Assembly: GCA_965207225.1 (NCBI GenBank) | Contig: CBDBLV010000005.1 | Coordinates: forward strand, 352,001 to 416,000 | DNA length: 64,000 nt | Source: Dehalococcoidia bacterium | GTDB lineage: Bacteria > Chloroflexota > Dehalococcoidia > Plut-88900 | Direction: 5' to 3' | Part shown: one piece after another, positions 56,497-64,000 of the stretch | Numbering within the stretch: position 1 is the first letter of the stretch | Layout of the letters: each line of letters opens with the position of its first letter | The notes under the pieces: model-generated | Told to the model about the DNA's origin: nothing | Databases searched by the model: none | The model's input: the letters and a program-made list of their open reading frames with translations, nothing else | Program-made: the position numbers and the translations under genes

Positions 56497-56610
56497 CAGG
56501 ACTATTTCTCCCTGGCTTGCTAGCCTAATGGTTGCGACGCTGCTTTAACCCAATCCCATTCAATAGGCCGACATCCATTCAACTACCCCGACGTGTTCAT
56601 AAAATTGAGC

Positions 56611-57474
56611 TTATTCGTGCCCTTCATGATCTTCCCTCCCTGTCCCCTGCCCGAGAATGCGTATGCTCCTGAATACGGAGACAGCAGTTCGCTGCTGCTC
56701 CGGCGTCAGGTCTTCGGCCACAATGTGGAGGTGGGGACCACCCGACCTGTGGAAGAAGGCAGCGGTGTACCCGGCCCCGGGTTCCATGGAAATGAGCAAA
56801 CTCGCTCTGACGTCACCTATGTCTTCATAGCCCATGACGTAGGTGTACTCTGGATCATCGGAAGGAGACCGGCTCCAAGAACGCCCGCCGAAATCAAAGG
56901 CCAGCCGGACTCCCTCGCCGGCAATTTCGCCTTTGTAGTACTTGATGTAATCGATCTCCTTGAGCACATTCAGTTCCCACCCGGGAGGTAGGCGCAGAGA
57001 GAATCCCGTCTGGCTCGGCCCTTCTGGAACCTCCACGACCCTCCAGTCCGGCGAGGGTTGTGCGTCTGCAACAGTATGCGGGATCAGTCCTATGATGCTC
57101 ACTGATTTCCCAGTGAGCTTGTCAACGATGGCCCTGTCTCCCAGAGGATCTTGAAGATGGACCTCGACGCCTTCGATGCAGTCATCCTCGCTCTGCCGGA
57201 AATCCGAGTCAACTTTGACTTTAACCTGCACTTCGTCATCCGTCTCACGCAAAAGCGATACGACCGGGTTTCTGTGGCAGGAGTCGGCGACAGTGAGTTC
57301 GAGCCTCTGAGGAGAATATAACCCCGCTTCAACTACCCTTGCTTCCCTTTGAGCCACACTTGCTTCGTTGCGCGACGTACACCCGCCGAGCAAGAACAAA
57401 GATGCGAAGACCAACAGCCCAATTACTACGACTGCTCCAACAATGCGTTGTCTACGGCTGGACCGGTCAACCAT
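56611..57474 (-). CDS. putative lipoprotein (ORF open up to 57594)
   Basis: Hydrophobic stretch ending LLGGC; two extracellular domains. Confidence 0.7.
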   Translation of the reverse strand: MVDRSSRRQRIVGAVVVIGLLVFASLFLLGGCTSRNEASVAQREARVVEAGLYSPQRLELTVADSCHRNPVVSLLRETDDEVQVKVKVDSDFRQSEDDCIEGVEVHLQDPLGDRAIVDKLTGKSVSIIGLIPHTVADAQPSPDWRVVEVPEGPSQTGFSLRLPPGWELNVLKEIDYIKYYKGEIAGEGVRLAFDFGGRSWSRSPSDDPEYTYVMGYEDIGDVRASLLISMEPGAGYTAAFFHRSGGPHLHIVAEDLTPEQQRTAVSVFRSIRILGQGTGREDHEGHE

Positions 57475-57522
57475 AACGTCTCTTAAACTAGCTGGCTGTG
57501 CCTTGTTGTGGGCCAATGTTAC

Positions 57523-57571
57523 GCGTGGCCCCGTGTGTGCCCCATTCAGTATGGCTTGCACAGGGCCACGC
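57523..57571. terminator. stem-loop between the protease and the lipoprotein gene
   Basis: GCGTGGCCC.GTG...CAC.GGGCCACGC. Confidence 0.55.
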
Positions 57572-57580
57572 ATCCCATGT

Positions 57581-58870
57581 TCAGTCGGACGCAACGTAAA
57601 CGCCCTTTAAGGCACTGGGCATGCGATCTGCCCGTGAGAAAACATCTCGCTTAATCGACGAGGTCGGGGGGTCATACACAAAGCCTTGATGAAGACCATA
57701 TGCCGAGTTGCCTAAGTACACAGGTCCGCCACTGTCACCATCCGCAGACAGACGCCCGGCCATTTGCACGAGATTGCACCTATGTCTGCTGCAGACGTTA
57801 AGCTTACGGACTCTTTGGCAGTCTCTGTGGCTCGTCAGACCGTTTCGGCAAAGCAACTGGCCCACTTCAGGAGATGCCACGAAAGATACATCTCTCAAGT
57901 TTACTTCGGTTGCGGAAGCACTGCCAGCATAGAAGTCGTCGGTGTGGGTCCCGGTTCCCGTATGCCACTGGAAGTCGCCGTATGTTCCCTCATACTCTAG
58001 CATCAAAGTCAGACTTATCCCGTCATCAGATAGATCGTCGGGACAATGTCCAGCAGTGGAAATGCCTCTCACACCTGTTGAGGTCTTCGTACCGAATCCC
58101 GATGTGCAATCAGGTCTACGACCTTCAATAAGGTCTTCACCACCACGATGTTCAGTTCTGCTATCGTTCCCTCCCAAATCTGAGCGTTCCGAGTGGGCCA
58201 CGGAGGTTGTAATGTTGTTGACAATGTCCGCCCTCGTTGCATCAGTGAGGTTCTTCACTGCGATGGCCTGGAGACCATCCAAAGTGGAGTTGGCAGATGT
58301 GCGTTCCAACACCACAATTGTGCTTATCTGGCCACTCGCGAAGTCGAAAGAAGTGTTGGCGTCGAGGACTTCTGTAGTATTGAGCACTGCATAGTGGGCC
58401 GCTTCGATCGCTCGTTGGAGCTCCGCTTCAGTGAATCCCTTGCCGGTGCGCACTTCCACTGCGACGCCACTGTGACTGCTCTTGAACGTGTTGATTATGG
58501 CAAGCGCCGACCTCGGGGCGCTGCCTGCGAAAGCGACCCATGCGTTATCGGCGTCTACAATCTCCGCTCCCGTGAAAGATTCAGGATGCGCTTCTCGAAT
58601 TTTCGAGACCGCCAAGGCGAAGTTGTCGTTCCATGCATAACGATCAATAACGGTCTGGAGAGACAAGCCAGATTGGTTGGCGAAGAACTGCAAGTCCTCT
58701 AACTCAGCGGCGCTAATAGTATCGTTGATTCCCGCTGGCGCCACATCCGGCAAATTAGAGGTCCTGTTTCCAGACACCTGAGCGTGCGCTACGCCCACGC
58801 TCGCAGTCACTAGGGCGATGATCATTAACAAAGCCACGAACATTACTTTTATGTCGGTTCTGTCCCTCAT
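57581..58870 (-). CDS. secreted S1-family (alpha-lytic/streptogrisin-like) serine protease with pro-region
   Basis: Signal peptide; CTSGF, TAGHC, GDFQW, GDSGGP. Confidence 0.9.
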   Translation of the reverse strand: MRDRTDIKVMFVALLMIIALVTASVGVAHAQVSGNRTSNLPDVAPAGINDTISAAELEDLQFFANQSGLSLQTVIDRYAWNDNFALAVSKIREAHPESFTGAEIVDADNAWVAFAGSAPRSALAIINTFKSSHSGVAVEVRTGKGFTEAELQRAIEAAHYAVLNTTEVLDANTSFDFASGQISTIVVLERTSANSTLDGLQAIAVKNLTDATRADIVNNITTSVAHSERSDLGGNDSRTEHRGGEDLIEGRRPDCTSGFGTKTSTGVRGISTAGHCPDDLSDDGISLTLMLEYEGTYGDFQWHTGTGTHTDDFYAGSASATEVNLRDVSFVASPEVGQLLCRNGLTSHRDCQRVRKLNVCSRHRCNLVQMAGRLSADGDSGGPVYLGNSAYGLHQGFVYDPPTSSIKRDVFSRADRMPSALKGVYVASD

Positions 58871-58962
58871 GATGCCTTCTCCTCTTTATCATTCCGTAGC
58901 CTTTACGCCACCCAATAGAGTCCTCCCTTCAACTGTGATGCTCGCTATGATGAACCTCCCGT

Positions 58963-59033
58963 GTGAAATATCAGTGAAAATCAACCCAATTGCCGTGAAA
59001 GCATGCGTGAAAATTTGAGATGTTTCCATGAAA
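58963..59033. promoter_or_regulatory. five-box GTGAAA array, copy 3
   Basis: Boxes at 58963, 58974, 58995, 59007, 59028 (ATGAAA); spacing 11/21/12/21. Confidence 0.75.
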
Positions 59034-59089
59034 ACCCTTCACAGAACGGCCTCTTAACGTATGATAGAGTCGAAACGAGGCGGTCATCT

Positions 59090-61480
59090 ATGAGAGACAA
59101 TTCGGAAGCACGAGAGATCGAAAGGCAGCGGGCGCGCCTTGCCATCCTGAGCCGCGTCAGCCGCCGCATCACTGAGAGCTGGGACCTGGACACGGTACTT
59201 CAGGAGGTGGTTGACGGGGCCCGTTCGCTGACCGACGCCCGCTATGGTGCAGTCGGCGTCTTCGATGAGGACGGGCGTGTTCGCCAGTTCATCACTTCGG
59301 GCATTACCCAAGAACAGCGCCGCCTGCTGGGCAGTCTGCCCAAGGGCCTGGGAATCCTCGGCTACCTGAACGAGATACAGGAGCCATTGCGGCTTGCGGA
59401 CCTCTCCGAACATTGCCGATCCGTTGGCTTCCCGGAGAACCACCCACCCATGAAGACTTTCCTGGGCGCCCCCATCCGGCGCCTGGGCAAGCCTGTCGGC
59501 AACATATACCTCACGGAGAAGGAGGGCGGGGAGTTCTCGGGAGAAGACGAAGAAACACTGGTTATGTTTGCGTCCCAGGCTGCCATCGCCATCAGCAACG
59601 CAATACGCCATGAGGATGAGCGGCAATCAAGGAACGCCTTGGAGACGGAGAGGCGTCGGCTGGTGGCCCTGGTGGAGTCCTCGCCGGTAGGCGTGATGGT
59701 GGTCGACGCGGCGACCAGGACTTTCGCCTCGGTCAACCAGGAGGCGGAGCGGATCCTCGGCATGTCGCCCGAGCCGGGATCAACGCTTGTAGACTATCAT
59801 CAGGTGGCGATCTATCGGAGGACGGATGGGAAGAGGTATGAGGATCACGACCGACCTCTGGCGAGGGCGCTGGACCGCGGTGAGGCCGTGCGAGCTGAGG
59901 AGATACTCGTAGATCTCCCGGGCGGACGAAAGGTGACCACCTTGGTGAATGCAACCCCCATCTATTCTGACGACGGGGAAATCGTCTCAGCTATCGCCGT
60001 TGTCCAGGATATGACGCCATTGGAGGAGATGGAACGCCTGCGCAACGAGTTCCTAGCCATGGTAAGCCATGAACTGAGGACTCCCCTGACCACCATCAAG
60101 GGGTGCACGGGTGTAGTGTTGGGCAGCACTGAGCCGATGGACATCTCCGAATTGCTCCAGTACTTCCGGATGATTGATGAGCAGTCCGACCACCTGCGCG
60201 GACTAGTCAACAACTTGCTAGATATGACCCGAATAGAGGCTGGGGCCTTGTCGGTAACTCCCAAACCTGCTGAGGTGGCGTCCCTGGTTAGCGAGGCAAA
60301 GACCGCGTTTTTGCGTAGGGGAGCGCGTCACACGGTAGACGTGGACCTCGACTCCGACCTGCCCATGATCTCAGCGGATGGGCGTCGCATCACCCAAGTC
60401 TTGGACAACCTGCTGTCCAATGCATCGAAATATTCGCCGGAGTTCTCCAGGATCAGGATAACCGGATCAAGAGAGGGGTTTTTCGTAGTCATCTCCGTAA
60501 CGGATGAGGGAAGAGGAATACCTCCTGAACAATTGGCCAGGCTGTTCAAAAAGTTCTCTCGTCTGGACGACAGGGAAACGAAGAAGAAGGTTGCAGGGGA
60601 GGGGCTGGGACTGGCGATCTGCAGAGGCATAGTCGAAGCGCATGGTGGTCGCATCTGGGCCGAAAGCGAAGGAGAGGGCAGCGGCACTCGGATATCCTTT
60701 GCGATTCCTGAAGCCGTCGAAACTTCCCTGGAGGCGGGCACTCCTGCGTTGGTATCGGCACAGGGCGAGCAAAAGAGAATCCTGGCCGTAGACGACGAAC
60801 CTCAGGTGCTCTGGCTCCTACGGAACATTCTATCCAAACAAGGATATAAATTTCTTGGTGCAGCCAACGCCGACGAGATGAAGCACCTGCTGGACACTGA
60901 GCAACCCCATCTTGTCCTGCTCGACCTGATGTTGCCCGGTACCAGTGGGTTCGAGCTGATGGAACGAATTCGCGAGGTTTCGAAAGCTCCAATCATCTTC
61001 CTGTCCGCCAACGACCAGGAGGAGAACGTGGTGAAGGCCCTTGAGATGGGAGCCGATGACTACATGATCAAGCCGTTCTCCTCCACCGAACTGTTGGCCA
61101 GAATCGAATCATCCCTTCGGAAGCAAAGACCGGTCGATACGCCTGTTCCCATTCCGTTCTATCACGTGGATGACTTGCGCATAGACTACGCGCAACGGAG
61201 CGTCTCCCTATCCGGAAATCCCGTGCATCTGTCCGCGACGGAATACAAACTTCTTTCCGAACTCTCGACTAACGCTGGTCGCACCCTCACACAATACCAA
61301 ATACTGCAGCGGGTCTGGGGAAAGACATACTCGACTGAAAGTGAGTTGCTTCGCGCAACAGTCAAAAACCTGCGCCGCAAGCTCGGGGACGATGCTAACA
61401 ATCCAAAGTACATTTTCACCGAGCCCCGCGTTGGCTATCGGATGCCGAGTTCTGTGAAGCAAAAGGAGGGCCAAAAATGA
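59090..61480 (+). CDS. fused GAF-PAS-histidine kinase-receiver-OmpR wHTH protein
   Basis: GAF (GFPENHPPMKTFLGAPI), PAS, SHELRTPL, NLLSNASKY, DEGRGI, GLGLAI, VDDEP, LDLMLPG, KPFS, YIFTEPRVGY; no TM helix; start chosen by comparison with paralogs. Confidence 0.92.
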   Translation: MRDNSEAREIERQRARLAILSRVSRRITESWDLDTVLQEVVDGARSLTDARYGAVGVFDEDGRVRQFITSGITQEQRRLLGSLPKGLGILGYLNEIQEPLRLADLSEHCRSVGFPENHPPMKTFLGAPIRRLGKPVGNIYLTEKEGGEFSGEDEETLVMFASQAAIAISNAIRHEDERQSRNALETERRRLVALVESSPVGVMVVDAATRTFASVNQEAERILGMSPEPGSTLVDYHQVAIYRRTDGKRYEDHDRPLARALDRGEAVRAEEILVDLPGGRKVTTLVNATPIYSDDGEIVSAIAVVQDMTPLEEMERLRNEFLAMVSHELRTPLTTIKGCTGVVLGSTEPMDISELLQYFRMIDEQSDHLRGLVNNLLDMTRIEAGALSVTPKPAEVASLVSEAKTAFLRRGARHTVDVDLDSDLPMISADGRRITQVLDNLLSNASKYSPEFSRIRITGSREGFFVVISVTDEGRGIPPEQLARLFKKFSRLDDRETKKKVAGEGLGLAICRGIVEAHGGRIWAESEGEGSGTRISFAIPEAVETSLEAGTPALVSAQGEQKRILAVDDEPQVLWLLRNILSKQGYKFLGAANADEMKHLLDTEQPHLVLLDLMLPGTSGFELMERIREVSKAPIIFLSANDQEENVVKALEMGADDYMIKPFSSTELLARIESSLRKQRPVDTPVPIPFYHVDDLRIDYAQRSVSLSGNPVHLSATEYKLLSELSTNAGRTLTQYQILQRVWGKTYSTESELLRATVKNLRRKLGDDANNPKYIFTEPRVGYRMPSSVKQKEGQK

Positions 61481-61559
61481 GGACGTTGACGGCAATTTCA
61501 GACAAGGAACGGTCCACTTGACCGAGGTTAAATCAATCGGAATCATACACCGATCATCG

Positions 61560-61860
61560 CAGCGCTAGCTAGATAGGTATCTCCCACCTAAAAGTTCGCA
61601 GTACAGTACGCGATGGCCCACCAGTTTACGCCTGAGACCGTCGGGGACTCGAACTTTTCTGGCCATCGAACAGGTGCGGGAAATCAAGCTGGGCCGTAGC
61701 GGAGTCCTGTAGCGTCAACACAACACTGGGAGGTCGGGGTGTCCTCCCCCTGCCGGGCAACGTATACACTCTTCATATGATGCCGGCTTGGAGGGATACC
61801 GAGGGTCGGGGCTTCATTGCTCTGGCTACGCCACCGATCGTTAGCCTTCCCTTCACCCTC
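61560..61860. repeat. diverged ~300-bp direct repeat, copy D, containing an att-like motif
   Basis: GTTC-N17-GGCCCACCA at 61594-61623 plus the 30-bp block shared with copy C. Confidence 0.8.
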
Positions 61861-61907
61861 CCGGCTCTTCGCGCTGCGAGCCTTCCCGAAATGGGCTTAA
61901 GGCTATG

Positions 61908-62633
61908 CTAGGGCAGCCCTGACGCCAGGGAAACCTCTCCCACCACACGCAACCCCGTCCCGAATAACGATTCACAGCTCACCCTGACCGTCAGCCCCGA
62001 TATCCCAATGCTGTCCCAGCGTAGGCTTGTTTCAACCGTTACCGTACGCGTCCCGGGGGCCGGGTGTCGGCCAAAGTCCCTCGACACGTTCCCCTGGTCG
62101 TCATACAGCCCCACCAGGTATTCGAAATCGCAACTCATGGTGTCTGTCCATCCCACCGTTACCGTCGTGACCGTACCAAAGCTCTCGGTGCGGGGAGCGA
62201 GGGTGACAGTTGCCGCATTTGCCAGGTCCGGCGTAGGGGTGGCAGGAGGAGAAGCCTCGGAGATGCGAAGAATCAGCAGGTCCCCATCATTCCACGGCTG
62301 ACTAGCCACGCTCCACGTGTGAGTGCCCACTGCGGGGCCTTCCACGGCATTGGACCCTTCCAGCGACAGTCCGACAGTCCCGTCCAGCTCTATAAACTCA
62401 ACCCTCTGCCCCGACAAAGACGCATGGGGCGACAAGGTCAGCACGAATGAATCCACCTCCCACTTCAGCCCCGTGATTGACATGGAAGTCCCGCCCACGG
62501 TGAAAGAAACAGGCTTGATGACGCCATTGGACCCGTCAGCCCCCACCTCCGGCCCCACCGTCTCCGGGTCAAAGAACGCCTTGTGCAGGGTCCCGGGGGA
62601 TGAGGTGACAACTCGCCGCGAAGTACCTACCAC
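61908..62633 (-). CDS. surface-protein domain fragment, probably 5'-truncated
   Basis: Beta-rich GTLHKAFFDP...GVIKPVSFTVGG domain and PPATPTP linker; no signal peptide or clear RBS. Confidence 0.55.
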   Translation of the reverse strand: MVGTSRRVVTSSPGTLHKAFFDPETVGPEVGADGSNGVIKPVSFTVGGTSMSITGLKWEVDSFVLTLSPHASLSGQRVEFIELDGTVGLSLEGSNAVEGPAVGTHTWSVASQPWNDGDLLILRISEASPPATPTPDLANAATVTLAPRTESFGTVTTVTVGWTDTMSCDFEYLVGLYDDQGNVSRDFGRHPAPGTRTVTVETSLRWDSIGISGLTVRVSCESLFGTGLRVVGEVSLASGLP

Positions 62634-63128
62634 TGGGACAGAACGTGGGGTTTCTTTGCACCTTCGGGGTGGAGCTGCACAAGGACCGGGCGGAGGAGGC
62701 CGGGGCCCGACTCGAGCATGCCCTGGCCTCCACGCAGTTGGTGCTCACTGCCGAGACCGTCTTTTCCTGTCCGAACCTGTCTGAGTAGATCTCCGTCGCC
62801 GCAGGTACATGTTTACATCGTCGGGACTGAGACTTCGCTTAGCCGATGTGGCGCCTACGATACCCACCTAGGTCGTATCGTCCTCGGAGCTGGCCTATTG
62901 CCAGCTCCTTCCTAGTTTAGTCTCCATGCTGAGCGTTGATGGATTGCTGCCGGTCGGGGCTCCAGTGGTGGGGGAGTGACTTAACTTCTCAGAGTCGACG
63001 TTCGAAGCAAATGCTGATTCCCTCATGCGACCTATTCTCGTGTCTTCTGCCAAGAGAAAGAATAGACGCGAGACCCGAACACCGTGACGTCGGAGGTCAC
63101 AGTTATGGTCATAAACACCGTTGGCTGG

Positions 63129-63827
63129 TCAGCTGAATGGAGCATAAGGATAATTCAAAATGAAGACAATCCAGAAGAACCCAAGGACAACGCACCAGCC
63201 AAAAAGATACGCAAAAGGCTTGAGGTATTGATAGATGTGTTCGCTATAAAACTTATGGGTCCGTAAATGTTCCGCTGTCTCGGGCACCCCAATGGATATG
63301 CCATAAAGTTTCACGGATGACAGTTCATCCGGCGATCTGAATACACCAGTGGACATTCTGGCGTGATGTCTCCATAGTCGCACAGGGGTGATTACCAAGT
63401 GTACGGCGCTTACAATGCCTGCGAGGGAGCACCCAACAATGAGGAATAGGCCGGTATCTGGATTTCTGACGACGTACCATTCCCCCAACAAGGCCATCGT
63501 GCTGCCAATTGACAGGACTGAGAAAGACGTTACGGGTACAATCAGCCAAACTCCGAATAGAAACAGATAGCAGATACGCACGGTTGTTGATGAAGGAGTT
63601 CTGCCTGACATCCTCATTACCAGGTATATCCAGGGCAAGGCAAAAAGGACCGAGCATATGCAACCCAGCCTGCCGTATTCTACTTCTGATAGATCGTTAT
63701 CATTGGCAGCTGAACGGCACAGGACTCCTGCAATGGGAGCCCATAGAATACCGACAACCAATAGGAGGTAGGTAATGATCGAAACTGCCACATATACACC
63801 TGACAATACATCTACTAACGTGGCCAT
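63129..63827 (-). CDS. hypothetical membrane protein
   Basis: 232 aa with about 5 hydrophobic helices. Confidence 0.7.
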   Translation of the reverse strand: MATLVDVLSGVYVAVSIITYLLLVVGILWAPIAGVLCRSAANDNDLSEVEYGRLGCICSVLFALPWIYLVMRMSGRTPSSTTVRICYLFLFGVWLIVPVTSFSVLSIGSTMALLGEWYVVRNPDTGLFLIVGCSLAGIVSAVHLVITPVRLWRHHARMSTGVFRSPDELSSVKLYGISIGVPETAEHLRTHKFYSEHIYQYLKPFAYLFGWCVVLGFFWIVFILNYPYAPFS

Positions 63828-64000
63828 CGTTGTGTGATGTTGGTTCCGACTTATATCACCCTATTGGAATAATAGGCTTTGGCTAACTGGTTGCGGTGCG
63901 GTCCATAGTCCTCCGAATTCTAAATCGTTGGGAATGAACTGTACACCCACTATACTAACCGAAAACAATGCTTCATATGGGTGATACTGCCCCGCGTCGT

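Noticed and set aside
1-64000. CRISPR array, cas genes, reverse transcriptase/DGR, rRNA
   Set aside because: No regularly spaced repeat-spacer array or diagnostic motifs seen by eye

Overview
A mosaic accessory region, GC-rich on the left and lower in GC on the right, that reads as a tandem array of integrated elements. The protein families resemble Chloroflexota (Dehalococcoidia/SAR202-like), which is an inference only. 0.3-27 kb is an ICE-like element: a minimal T4SS operon (VirB6-like, two pilin-like genes, a PrgI fusion, VirB4, a VirD4/TraD-like coupling protein), an internally duplicated Replic_Relax/MOBC-like relaxase, many XRE-HTH genes, a hairpin-rich putative leading region, two large surface proteins, an intact IS1380 and a VapBC-type TA pair. 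27-37 kb holds a large serine integrase, a repressor, a second HTH trio and two more relaxase paralogs (one broken). 37-51 kb is a defence island (Avs-like STAND NTPase, type III-like R-M, PLD nuclease) ending in an integrase remnant. 51-64 kb is cargo. Two structures stand out. (1) An att-like motif GTTC-N17-GGCC(C)A(C/T)CA inside the 3' end of the integrase recurs at 52976 and 61594 within ~300-bp direct repeats that bracket an integrase-less 8.6-kb unit. (2) A regulatory platform occurs three times: a fused GAF-PAS-kinase-REC-wHTH sensor, a five-box GTGAAA array with near-identical spacing, then a divergent secreted precursor, a hairpin and a membrane/lipoprotein partner, with unrelated cargo in each copy. 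No CRISPR array, rRNA or complete tRNA was seen. All family calls come from motif reading, not database searches.
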